Below are positions 7,926 through 17,202 of a stretch of DNA of 37,783 nt, in pieces (position 1 is the stretch's first letter; the number at the start of each line of letters is the position of its first letter). The notes under the pieces were generated by a model. The model did no database searches. It was not told the DNA's origin and saw nothing but the letters and a program-made list of their open reading frames with translations. Both the position numbers and the translations under genes were made by a program. Location of the stretch: the IMG/VR virus record IMGVR_UViG_3300002098_000079, positions 1 through 37,783 of that record; one strand, given 5' to 3'. The DNA comes from a virus. Taxonomy: Duplodnaviria > Caudoviricetes.

Positions 7926-8063
7926 CGTGAATATTGATAAGGGATAAAGAAATCTACCGGCGATATGTTCGATGGCGACTAAACCTAAAACATCGCCGGT
8001 AGATTTCTCAATCTATTCAAATAATTCACGAGAAGATCATCCGATCCGGGGTGATTTTTTTTT
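7926..8063 (+). ncRNA. Putative ~135-nt hairpin sRNA with its own promoter and terminator
   Basis: TGaTATAAT at 7914-7922; 17-bp perfect inverted repeat 7948-7964/7992-8008; hairpin plus T-run at 8036-8063; no ORF. Confidence 0.65.
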
Positions 8064-8125
8064 GTTTTTGGCATGAATTTTTAAGATACTGTCAAAATAT
8101 ATACTTAAACTCAAAAAGTAAATAT

Positions 8126-8203
8126 ATGACAATTCAAACAATTATAGGTCTCATAGTGATCTACAAAATCCTCAAACTCGTGAAGGAGTTGATAGAGGAT
8201 TAA
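8126..8203 (+). CDS. Type I toxin-like hydrophobic peptide, 25 aa (MTIQTIIGLIVIYKILKLVKELIED)
   Basis: Genome-typical AAATAT-ATG context; TM helix with a charged tail; followed by a hairpin at 8214-8241. Confidence 0.6.
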   Translation: MTIQTIIGLIVIYKILKLVKELIED

Positions 8204-8213
8204 CTATATAAGT

Positions 8214-8241
8214 AATAGCTGCGGATCGATCCGTGGCTATT
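8214..8241. terminator. Hairpin downstream of the toxin-like peptide
   Basis: AATAGCTGCGGATCGATCCGTGGCTATT. Confidence 0.55.
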
Positions 8242-8268
8242 CTTATGCTTAGTCTTAGTCGGAAAAGA

Positions 8269-8321
8269 TATATTGTGCGACAAATAAATTATTTGTCAAT
8301 ATATACCCTGCGACGTATATA
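8269..8321. promoter_or_regulatory. Palindrome carrying back-to-back -35 boxes (divergent promoters)
   Basis: GACAAATAA-A-TTATTTGTC; minus strand TTGACA-16-CACAAT, plus strand TTGTCA-17-TATATA. Confidence 0.5.
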
Positions 8322-8336
8322 TAGTACCATGAAAGT

Positions 8337-8402
8337 ATGATTACAGGAATACTATTACTTGTTATTGGGATTCGACTTATTTATATAGCTAATTTCCAGT
8401 AA
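8337..8402 (+). CDS. Possible second hydrophobic peptide, 21 aa (MITGILLLVIGIRLIYIANFQ)
   Basis: Follows the plus-strand promoter candidate; overlaps the 3' end of the 8389 gene. Confidence 0.3.
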   Translation: MITGILLLVIGIRLIYIANFQ

Positions 8403-9930
8403 ATTTCTTTACTCGTTCGTAAATCTTCTCTCCACCAATTACACTGGCGGCAGTTCCAATTGCTGTTGATGCCTTTGGGTTGTTCTTTATAACGCGCAAA
8501 AACTTGTTTGTACCAATTTCTTTACCTGCTTTGTCACCCATTCCATCGATTGCATTATACATATTGCTCTGCAATTTTAGACTATTTTTGTATGAAACAT
8601 CTCCTGGAAGTTGTTTTTCAATAAAGTTGTTGATTTCATTTCGCATTGCTGTAACAGCATTTCTCATGGGAGCATTTTCTTTGTCAAAAAGGTTTGGATA
8701 TTCTTTTTGAACCAAAGCATCAAACTCTTTTCGAGTATCAAGCAACCCTGAAATATTTCCTCCTTTTTCTTTAGCAATATCCAAGACAGCTTTTTTAAGA
8801 GCTTGTGTTTGTTTTTCAAATGCTGTTCCTTTAATCGAAATAGGTGATTTCAGATTGCTAATTTTTGAAGACAATTCTTTGAATGTGTATGGATGATCTA
8901 CTGATTTTATTTTTGCCTTGAGGCTCTCTGCCTCTTTTGAAATTGAATCGCGGACCGCATTTATCTTTTCAGTATATGTTTTTTTGTTTGAAATAATATC
9001 TTTGACTGCATCCGCTGCATCTTTTATTTTTTGGTCTGGTTTTACTTCAACCTTTCCGAATATTCCAGTTTTTTCTCCTCGACCAGAAACAGCAGCAGCT
9101 TCTTTTTCTGTTTTTGAAAGTGTCGGGCTGACATCTTTTATTGCACTATCCAAAACTTCTTGTGCAACTTTAGGTTTTATAGCGCCAATTATTTTACTTC
9201 CAACTGCGCCTGTTATAGCTCCTGTTGGAATTCCAATTGCAACGTCTTTTACAACATCTCCAACCCCCTCAGTTGGAGTTTTTGCTGTAGATGCTTCTTC
9301 AATACCTGTTGCTGCACCTTGAGCTCCACCTAAAACAGCTCCCTCTTTTGTTGCAGATTTTATAAACTGTTTTCCTGTTTGTTCTGCAATATTTTTAATT
9401 TCTCCAGTCTCCGCACCGCCAGCAAAAAATGTTCCTGCTTGAGCTCCCTGACTTATTGAATCAAGTGCAGATCGTACAGGAGTCTTTTCTGGATTAATGT
9501 CTTTCCCATATCCCCAAGGATATAGATCTCCAAAATATTTACTCTTTACTGGCTTTTCTGGTGTTGCCATTGGAACATTCGGCAAAACATCCTCACCCTT
9601 GTTTCCGGAACCAGCATTGAATCCAGCATTTGCAGCGGATGTACCAGTTGAAGCAATGTCTTGCACTGTGTCTTTTGCAGAAATAGCACCACGAGCAAAA
9701 AATTTTGTTGCATCTCTAATAATAGTTCCTAAACGTGTTGGCTCTGCTCGAGCCGGTACTGCTGGAGTACCTAATTGCTTATTTTCTGGAATTGCATCCT
9801 GTCCGACTGGCAAACCTTGATTGATTCTTTGATTGCGTTCGTCTGTTGTATTTGTAGATAGGACTCGACCCACAGTGCTTGTTTGTGGTGCGGAAGAACT
9901 ATCGGGAAGTGATTGGAGTACTCGAGCCAT
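8389..9930 (-). CDS. Internal virion/DNA ejection protein
   Basis: G/A-rich amphipathic glycine-zipper segments and a helical C-terminus; podovirus position; start at MARVLQ. Confidence 0.65.
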   Translation of the reverse strand: MARVLQSLPDSSSAPQTSTVGRVLSTNTTDERNQRINQGLPVGQDAIPENKQLGTPAVPARAEPTRLGTIIRDATKFFARGAISAKDTVQDIASTGTSAANAGFNAGSGNKGEDVLPNVPMATPEKPVKSKYFGDLYPWGYGKDINPEKTPVRSALDSISQGAQAGTFFAGGAETGEIKNIAEQTGKQFIKSATKEGAVLGGAQGAATGIEEASTAKTPTEGVGDVVKDVAIGIPTGAITGAVGSKIIGAIKPKVAQEVLDSAIKDVSPTLSKTEKEAAAVSGRGEKTGIFGKVEVKPDQKIKDAADAVKDIISNKKTYTEKINAVRDSISKEAESLKAKIKSVDHPYTFKELSSKISNLKSPISIKGTAFEKQTQALKKAVLDIAKEKGGNISGLLDTRKEFDALVQKEYPNLFDKENAPMRNAVTAMRNEINNFIEKQLPGDVSYKNSLKLQSNMYNAIDGMGDKAGKEIGTNKFLRVIKNNPKASTAIGTAASVIGGEKIYERVKKFTGN

Positions 9931-9934
9931 AAAA

Positions 9935-12331
9935 TTAAAGTGGTGTGTAACTGTTTGGATCATCCGACGATTTGACCGCAATAATCGCACCGGTTTTATT
10001 ATCTAGTGCCAATTTTTCTCCTGACTGCAAAGACGGAGTGTATTGAGCGATAATGTCATCGTATTTTTGACCATGTGCTGTAAGGGTTTTTTCAACGAAA
10101 TCTTTTGCTCCCTGATCTGTCATGTCTGTTCTCCCTGTTGGTGTACTCGTTGTTCCTCCCTTTGGTTGATATTTATCTCCTACACCAAATAGACCCCAAA
10201 CACTTTTCTGTGCATCATCAACACTTGATTGAAGAACGCTACTCATCTTGTCTGTTGAATTTTCAATTGATTTTTGCAAACCGTTCAGTGAACCAGTAGA
10301 CATACCATTTATAACTGCATCGGCTGCATCGTTGTTGTCAATAACATCTGGACTAGATTTACCCTGTGATGCAGCAAAATATCCAGCGAGCTCATTTTTA
10401 AGCTGCTGGAAATGGAACGCATATTGCGTTGCGAGAGGATCGTTTACTTGCTGACCTGCCCACACTTTAGATACATTTTGTAGGTTCAAATCACCAAGTT
10501 CAGAATCCTTTACAACACCCTGCAAGTTTTTTATTGTTCCAGTTAATTCATTTTCCATAACCTTTGTTTGGTTATTTCGAGAAATATTTTTTGCAAGAGT
10601 ATCGTTAAATGCTTTGTATTGAGACTGAAATGTTGAAATATCTATCCCATTTTTATTCAAGAAATCGGTTGATTCATTTTGTATTTCTTTTCTCTGTGAT
10701 GCGGAAAGACGAGAGAGCGATGCAGTACCTTGTGTAAGGTAATTGAATACCGGCAAAGATATTCCTGTTGCGTTCAAGATACTTCCACTACCCTGTGAGC
10801 TGTTGCTTCCTGTTCCTGTGTATGAGTTGATGAAATCATCAAAGTTTTTTCCAGAATTTGATCCTTTGGTTACAAGATCTCCGATCGCCTGCTTTCCTGC
10901 CTGAGCTGTATCGTATGATGCAAAAGTACCACCATCGGTTGCTTTTACACCACTATCTTTTTGACCAGGCAATCCAACGAATTTAATATTTCCTGGATTG
11001 TTCAAAACACCCTTTGGTGATCCACCCTCATTCTGTATGATTCCTGCGACCACGCCATCAAGACCGATCGATGGATCGGCTATTACCGCACTGAGTGGCA
11101 ATGTTGGATCTTGAAGACCTACGATTGATGCGATTGTTCCTGCAGCACCGACGGTTGAAGTTGTTCCAGTTGTCGGAGTATCTGATGCACCCGGTGTTTG
11201 ATTTATTGGAACTCCATTTACTGTTGTCTGACCATCCTTTGTAACAGTAATTGCATTTCCGTTTGTTGGATCACTTGAAATGAAAATTAGTTTTGATGGA
11301 TCAGGGTTTTGAGCAAAATCTGACGGAGCAAAATATCCGCTGTTTGTTCCGGATTTTGTATATGAATATGTTGGAGGAATTGTGACACCAGGGAGATCGT
11401 AAGTCACATGTCGGACCGCGCCTGTTACCGGATCTTGTACGATCTGGTTTACAGTTGTTCCGCCTTTTCCATCACTCACACTATATTGATTCTGCACTGT
11501 TTCTGCTGGCGCACTCATGGCAAACAAGGCATCTGCAACGTTTGGATCGCCTCCGAGTGATTTTACCAAGGCATTGTAGTTATCAGGATTATTTGATTTG
11601 TAATCATTCCAATCCAAATGAGCAGCAGCCATTGTTTTGATTGAATCCTGCGCATCTGTTCGTGCTTGTCGCTCGAGTGCGATTGAATCCTCTGCGCTCG
11701 TAAGTGCTCGGTTTTTATCATTTTCATATAGAGAAATAGCATTATTCCTTACTGTAGAATAAATGTCGTTCAATGCTTTTGTTCGAGCTTCGATGATTGG
11801 TTTTGTTGCCTCATTCTCTGCCTGTGTTGTTGCAAAACCTGATGAACCTGTCGATGCACCATAACCAGCGACGTTTTTGTTTGATCGAGCTATCTGATCG
11901 TTATATCCGCTGATGACATCAGTAACATTTCCTTTTGCTTGGTCCAAAAGTTTTTCGTACGTTGTTTCTTCACTATCCGGTGCTTTGAAGTTTTTTATAT
12001 AGTCACTTGCAGTCGGAGTTGGAGCCGTAGCTGTAGTTGTTGGTGATATTGGTTTTCCATCTGGTCCGATTGGTGTAGGATTCCAATTATTTCCAGTTAT
12101 TTCTTTTGCATCACCAAGACTCTGTTGTGGTGTCTGTGGAACTCTAGGAAGAAGGTTCGGAGTTGGTGTTGGGCTATCATTTGGGGTGTTATATACAGGT
12201 TTTCCACTTGAATCAGTTCCACCAACTGGTTTTACCGGTGGTGGAACTATCGGAGAAGATACTGGAACTCTCGGCAGAGTACCACTTGATGCGCCTGTTG
12301 CTCCGCCCAATGTGTCGAAGTCTGTTACCAT
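9935..12331 (-). CDS. Large ejection protein with an embedded NNPGN lysozyme-like domain
   Basis: Pro-rich N-terminus, coiled coils, IIQNEGG...NNPGNI...FASYDT..AG. Confidence 0.7.
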   Translation of the reverse strand: MVTDFDTLGGATGASSGTLPRVPVSSPIVPPPVKPVGGTDSSGKPVYNTPNDSPTPTPNLLPRVPQTPQQSLGDAKEITGNNWNPTPIGPDGKPISPTTTATAPTPTASDYIKNFKAPDSEETTYEKLLDQAKGNVTDVISGYNDQIARSNKNVAGYGASTGSSGFATTQAENEATKPIIEARTKALNDIYSTVRNNAISLYENDKNRALTSAEDSIALERQARTDAQDSIKTMAAAHLDWNDYKSNNPDNYNALVKSLGGDPNVADALFAMSAPAETVQNQYSVSDGKGGTTVNQIVQDPVTGAVRHVTYDLPGVTIPPTYSYTKSGTNSGYFAPSDFAQNPDPSKLIFISSDPTNGNAITVTKDGQTTVNGVPINQTPGASDTPTTGTTSTVGAAGTIASIVGLQDPTLPLSAVIADPSIGLDGVVAGIIQNEGGSPKGVLNNPGNIKFVGLPGQKDSGVKATDGGTFASYDTAQAGKQAIGDLVTKGSNSGKNFDDFINSYTGTGSNSSQGSGSILNATGISLPVFNYLTQGTASLSRLSASQRKEIQNESTDFLNKNGIDISTFQSQYKAFNDTLAKNISRNNQTKVMENELTGTIKNLQGVVKDSELGDLNLQNVSKVWAGQQVNDPLATQYAFHFQQLKNELAGYFAASQGKSSPDVIDNNDAADAVINGMSTGSLNGLQKSIENSTDKMSSVLQSSVDDAQKSVWGLFGVGDKYQPKGGTTSTPTGRTDMTDQGAKDFVEKTLTAHGQKYDDIIAQYTPSLQSGEKLALDNKTGAIIAVKSSDDPNSYTPL

Positions 12332-14133
12332 ATATTTGTAATTAAAAGTGTTGTTGAAGCTGTTGATATTCCGACCTTTCGTGTATTTGTCCCAGCGGTT
12401 GTACCAATTGTTCCAGGTGTGTTATTCAAGTAATATTGAACATTCGGCGTTAGTCCGGATAAACCTGTTGCGATATTCAATGTCTGAACATTCACTGTCG
12501 ATGATGTTGCGGCACTATTTGCTGCGAACCCTAGGAACGCTTTGTATTTATCCAAATTCGCTGTATTTGTGACGTTTGAACTCGATGCTCGCACTACATA
12601 TCCTGTTGAAACTGGTGTTACCGGTGCTAAAGTTAAGGTAAGAAGTCCACTTGCATGTGAGCTCGCAGAAAATGTAGTTGATCCTGCTGGGTATATCAAC
12701 CCTGAATCTCCTGAGAGAAAACATTGTGCAGGATCAGTCGTATCGGTCTGGTTGTTGTTGTTTGCATTTACTATTCCTGCTGGAACAGAACATGTCCCTC
12801 CAGTACTCTGAAATGCGCTGAGTGCCAATGCGCCATTATTTACGATCGAAACCACTTGAGATACAGATGATGCTCCGTGTGTTCCTGTGGCTGCATGTGA
12901 ATCAACTCCGCTTTGCAATACGTTGTAGTATGAGTATGCACTGACAATTACTGATCGGTTTGAAGAAGATCCAGGAAGCGTTACAGTGATGTTATTTGCT
13001 CCAGTTGGTGGATTGAAAAGAACGTATGAGTATACTCCCTCAATTCCTCCGTTCATGGCGATCGAATCGATGTTTGTCGCTGATGATGCTCCGTACATTA
13101 CAGATGTCGGTGTTGGAACACCTCCACCTCCTGTGAATGAAGAAACAAAAATTACAACAGCTTTATTTGTTGTGCTTGTTGCAACAGTAAAAGATTGGAC
13201 GACACTTCCACCACCTGTTCCAACTACAGTCGCAGGAACAATGACTTTGTTGTCGAACTGTACACCTCCGTCACTCTGGAAGTAATATCCGGAAACCGCT
13301 TGACCAGCTGTAATACTTTCTGCAGCAAGCATCGGAGTACTTGGACTGATGTTTGTAATAGCAGATCCGTTACCTGCTGGATATGCCCCGCTACTCCATC
13401 GAATTACTCGAGAACTTGATGCAACCGCAGATGTATCTGCATCTGTAACATATTTGTTTGTTGAACTTGGAGTTCCGAAAGTACCCACAAGAGCATCATT
13501 TTCTCCCTGGGTTGGTACTCGAGGATCGTTTGTTCCGACAGCGATTGGTTGTGTCGAAGAAGCGGCTGCAACTGATAGTTTTGAAATTCCAAATGCGATA
13601 TTTGTTGCAAGTGGTGAACCTTGAATTGCGATCGTATCAACGTATTGTTTATCAACCAAAGAAGAACTCGCTGTAAAAGTCGGATGAGAAGTATATGAAA
13701 TAATATTGTCGTAAGTATCTTGACCATTTGCCATGTTTCTCAAAATTGTCAAAACAGGAAATGTTGTGATTCGAACATCAGCACCACGTCTATGGCTGAA
13801 AATCAAACTCGGAACACTTGATGTTCCGGTAAGTGGATCGATACCTCGAGTGATCGATGTAACAGTCGTGCTTGCCACCATTCCACATTCGTATTCATTG
13901 TTTGGGAGACCTGAATCGACTGTAAAACATGTATATCCACTGACAGAACCACCACCATTTAGCTGGTTGGCTGCAAGTGTAAATGTGGTATCTGTATTCG
14001 ATTGCGGATATGCCATCGCACTATCAAACAATGCTGGTGATTGTGGCAGTGGAGAAGCAAAAACCATATTACCCAAAAAGAAAACTGAAACTAATAATGC
14101 GAGCGAAACAGATATTTTTTTGAGGTTTTTCAT
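12325..14133 (-). CDS. Tail fibre/spike protein with an N-terminal signal peptide
   Basis: MKNLKK-ISVSLALLVSVFFL-GNMVFA; VDKQYVD, GISKLS, AVGTNDPR and GLTPNVQYYL fibre motifs. Confidence 0.75.
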   Translation of the reverse strand: MKNLKKISVSLALLVSVFFLGNMVFASPLPQSPALFDSAMAYPQSNTDTTFTLAANQLNGGGSVSGYTCFTVDSGLPNNEYECGMVASTTVTSITRGIDPLTGTSSVPSLIFSHRRGADVRITTFPVLTILRNMANGQDTYDNIISYTSHPTFTASSSLVDKQYVDTIAIQGSPLATNIAFGISKLSVAAASSTQPIAVGTNDPRVPTQGENDALVGTFGTPSSTNKYVTDADTSAVASSSRVIRWSSGAYPAGNGSAITNISPSTPMLAAESITAGQAVSGYYFQSDGGVQFDNKVIVPATVVGTGGGSVVQSFTVATSTTNKAVVIFVSSFTGGGGVPTPTSVMYGASSATNIDSIAMNGGIEGVYSYVLFNPPTGANNITVTLPGSSSNRSVIVSAYSYYNVLQSGVDSHAATGTHGASSVSQVVSIVNNGALALSAFQSTGGTCSVPAGIVNANNNNQTDTTDPAQCFLSGDSGLIYPAGSTTFSASSHASGLLTLTLAPVTPVSTGYVVRASSSNVTNTANLDKYKAFLGFAANSAATSSTVNVQTLNIATGLSGLTPNVQYYLNNTPGTIGTTAGTNTRKVGISTASTTLLITNIW

Positions 14134-14152
14134 ATTTTTATTATAACACAAA

Positions 14153-16480
14153 TTAATTATCAATTTGAAGATCTACTACAGAACTCAAACGCTTTCGCTT
14201 CCAACGAATATCCATATACTCAACGCGACTTACTCGGACATATCCGACATCGAGTGCTTTTACTTGGTGAGAGATATATTCGAACTTATCCGTCATAACT
14301 GGAATAACAACTTCGTATGGATATGCAATCTGACCGATACTACCTGGATTCCCACTACCTCCGCCACCGATAATATCGGGATTTGATCCAATTGTGTATG
14401 TTCCGATTCCAACCGGAGTTGTTCCAACATACGGACCATTTCCCAAAATTGTGTAGTAAGGAACGTATGCACCCTCGTCGAGTGAAAGACTAAATTGTAG
14501 TTTTTGGTTTGGCTGAATAAGACCCTGAACTTTTACATATCGAACTTTCTTTTCTCCGGGTAGATCAAGATCAACGTATGAGCTTTTTCGATAATTATTT
14601 ATTATCTGCTCATCATCATCGAATCCTGAAAATAATGTGAAAAGGTTTGGCGAAAGTGAATCACCTGAAATGAGAGTTCCATTGAATGTTCCCAAGCATC
14701 CGAATTCGTAATCGAGTATATCCCATACAGGATTTTCGGATTGCCAGTTTCGTATGAATGTAATGCTGTTGTATGTGTTCGCAGCTCCGGAATCGTTTAC
14801 AGTTTGTAGCTCTATAATATCGTATTCATTCCATCGATATACAACGCATTGACCAGAACCAAACCCTGATAGATCGATGTCTTTCGACAGAACAATCGGA
14901 ACAACTGTGAGATTTGTTGATCCAGGCGGAATTTGAAGAATAGACAGAGTTGGCTGTGCAGGGTTTGCGTTGTTGTAAAACAATATTCCGTCTCCCGTTG
15001 GAAATGCTGATCGAGAACTAGGAATACCGATTTGTTCATAATATGGATCGTTTGTGTAACTATTTCCTGTAGCACCTTGTGTTACTGTGAACACCCAAGA
15101 TCGCAATGCATGAAGTGAATATTCCACTCCTTGATAAGAAAGTACTGCTCGCGCTTTTCCTGCTCCATCCGCTTCTGGAAATTGATTTGCCACTGTGAAA
15201 TTTGTAAGTGCATGCGAGTCATCAGTATAAAAAGATGCAGTGATTGGAGTACTGGCTGTCGGTGCAGTGTTGAACGTTACAGAATATGCTCCTGTCGCGT
15301 AGTTTATAGTTCCTGTTCCACCAAGAGATCCTGTAAAAGATCCATCACCATTATCCAAAAAGAATTCCGTTCCGTCTGTTATGACAACCAAGAAAACTGT
15401 AGGACTGAAACTAGGAAGTATTCCTGAGAATGTTCTTGTTGTTCCATCACCGGTAGCGATGACTGGAATCAATGGCTGAGTTGATGACGATGGTGGCTGT
15501 CCTGTTAAAAAAGGACCAATAAAATTGTATGAATTTTGTGATCCAAGATTTACAAGTATAGGTATGGGGTTTGTTTTTGATGGTGTTACATATGTTCCGG
15601 GCGTTGTCGATCCGTAAATATTGTAACTTACAGCTCCAGCAACGTTTGGAAATGATATTGTTACACTCGCTGATCCGCCACCTCCTGAAATTACGATACT
15701 TGATTCTGCTCCGGGAGTAGTTTCTGTTCCATCAAGACCAAAAACAGTCACAACGAAATAATATGTTCCATCTGCCAAAGAACCTCCTGTACCCTGTACA
15801 AGTGTCGGTGCAGGTGGCAAAGACATGTGGCTTGGATAATCAGCAAGATCATTTGATTGCTGGTCCGAGAGCCAGAGACTTGTTCCATCCAATGATGTAT
15901 TTCCTCGATCTGGATTTCCTTTTTCATCAACAGCAAAAGCCATTCCACGATTTATTTTCATGAAATTGAATCTGTGCTGTGCTTGCAAATCGACAGCTGA
16001 ATCAGGATTTGCGATAGGGATTTTATATACTGATGAATTTTTTGATGTGGCAAACATGTTCGCCCATGAGATACCCTCGTAAGAAGTAAAGCTGACATCT
16101 TCATCATTCGCAGCATCAGGAAGAATATTTGTAGTATTTATTTCCTGTGTGTCTTGAGTCGCATTGTTAAAAAACATAAGACTGCGGTTGAAAGAGTAAA
16201 ATGTTACCTCCGCACCCTGTGGATCGACACCAACACCAAGACCGCTGACATGACCAGGTATGTTTCTTCGAGTTGTTCCAAGAAGTGCCTGACCTCGGCG
16301 AAGCTCGACATAGTCTCGATCTCGTCCACAAATCCAGTTTAGTTCATCGTATGTCTGACCACGATCAAGAGATCGATTATCTTTAATCGCTGTATTGATT
16401 CCACCCCATGGAGTCTTTTGTTCGGGATCTCCGATGACATAGGGTGCTATTGGTTTTATTGAACTTCCTTTTTTTGCCAT
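14153..16480 (-). CDS. Tail nozzle/head-stabilisation protein (P22 gp10 or T7 gp12-like) with inserted beta-sandwich domains
   Basis: WGGINT, ELRRG and D.PGEKK.RY motifs; LADGTYYFVVT..ET FN3-like insertion. Confidence 0.7.
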   Translation of the reverse strand: MAKKGSSIKPIAPYVIGDPEQKTPWGGINTAIKDNRSLDRGQTYDELNWICGRDRDYVELRRGQALLGTTRRNIPGHVSGLGVGVDPQGAEVTFYSFNRSLMFFNNATQDTQEINTTNILPDAANDEDVSFTSYEGISWANMFATSKNSSVYKIPIANPDSAVDLQAQHRFNFMKINRGMAFAVDEKGNPDRGNTSLDGTSLWLSDQQSNDLADYPSHMSLPPAPTLVQGTGGSLADGTYYFVVTVFGLDGTETTPGAESSIVISGGGGSASVTISFPNVAGAVSYNIYGSTTPGTYVTPSKTNPIPILVNLGSQNSYNFIGPFLTGQPPSSSTQPLIPVIATGDGTTRTFSGILPSFSPTVFLVVITDGTEFFLDNGDGSFTGSLGGTGTINYATGAYSVTFNTAPTASTPITASFYTDDSHALTNFTVANQFPEADGAGKARAVLSYQGVEYSLHALRSWVFTVTQGATGNSYTNDPYYEQIGIPSSRSAFPTGDGILFYNNANPAQPTLSILQIPPGSTNLTVVPIVLSKDIDLSGFGSGQCVVYRWNEYDIIELQTVNDSGAANTYNSITFIRNWQSENPVWDILDYEFGCLGTFNGTLISGDSLSPNLFTLFSGFDDDEQIINNYRKSSYVDLDLPGEKKVRYVKVQGLIQPNQKLQFSLSLDEGAYVPYYTILGNGPYVGTTPVGIGTYTIGSNPDIIGGGGSGNPGSIGQIAYPYEVVIPVMTDKFEYISHQVKALDVGYVRVSRVEYMDIRWKRKRLSSVVDLQIDN

Positions 16481-16485
16481 ATATT

Positions 16486-17199
16486 TTATGAAGTAGCACG
16501 AACACCTCTCGGACCTTGAGATCTCGGATCTTGATAACCTCCTCTATAGTTCAAACTATTCACTGTAGAAAGTGAAAGCTCTGTGTCCCATGTAGACATC
16601 GATGCAAAGATTTCATTTGCCATTTTGCCATTATCTTCCGCGTTGAAAGCAGCAACATCGTCATAGTCAGTACCAAGTCTCCATCGAGCTGCAGCATCAA
16701 AACAAAGCAGTAAAGCAAAATTCGGATTATATGCATTGAATCTAAGCCATGTTGTACTAAGCGTAATATCACCGAAGTCAGCAATATAGTATTGATAAAT
16801 ATTGAATTGGTTTGGAGACAAACCACAAATATTGAAAGTTCTCGATCCATAGTCTACTGCAAATTTCCCCCAGTTGTTCTTTTCGTAAAGCAAAAGTTCC
16901 ATCGGACATTCGGTGAGTGTTACTTTATTGTCCGGTTCTGTAAAGAGAACAACTGAACCCTCTGAAAGAGAGCTTTCTCCGACATAACGAACGAAGTCGG
17001 TCGGCAGGTTGAATGATGTTGTGTATGTATTTCCTCCCTGGACGATTTGACTACTATCAACTTTTTTCAAAACCTGCCATGGTCTGCGTTTTTCGTAACG
17101 CAATCGAGACATATTTATCAAAGCCAAAATATACAATGGATCGGGTGCTTCTCCTCCAAGTATTGATGTCACAAAATTCACCATCGCTTGTCCGTTCAT
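16486..17199 (-). CDS. Head-tail adaptor (tail tubular protein A-like)
   Basis: Helical N-terminus, RPW..L, FNLPTDF, LLL.F.AAA; directly upstream of the nozzle. Confidence 0.7.
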   Translation of the reverse strand: MNGQAMVNFVTSILGGEAPDPLYILALINMSRLRYEKRRPWQVLKKVDSSQIVQGGNTYTTSFNLPTDFVRYVGESSLSEGSVVLFTEPDNKVTLTECPMELLLYEKNNWGKFAVDYGSRTFNICGLSPNQFNIYQYYIADFGDITLSTTWLRFNAYNPNFALLLCFDAAARWRLGTDYDDVAAFNAEDNGKMANEIFASMSTWDTELSLSTVNSLNYRGGYQDPRSQGPRGVRATS

Positions 17200-17202
17200 A
17201 TT

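Noticed and set aside
8389-12331. Tape measure protein (siphovirus or myovirus tail)
   Set aside because: No tail tube, sheath or chaperone genes; adaptor plus nozzle plus these proteins fits podovirus ejection proteins
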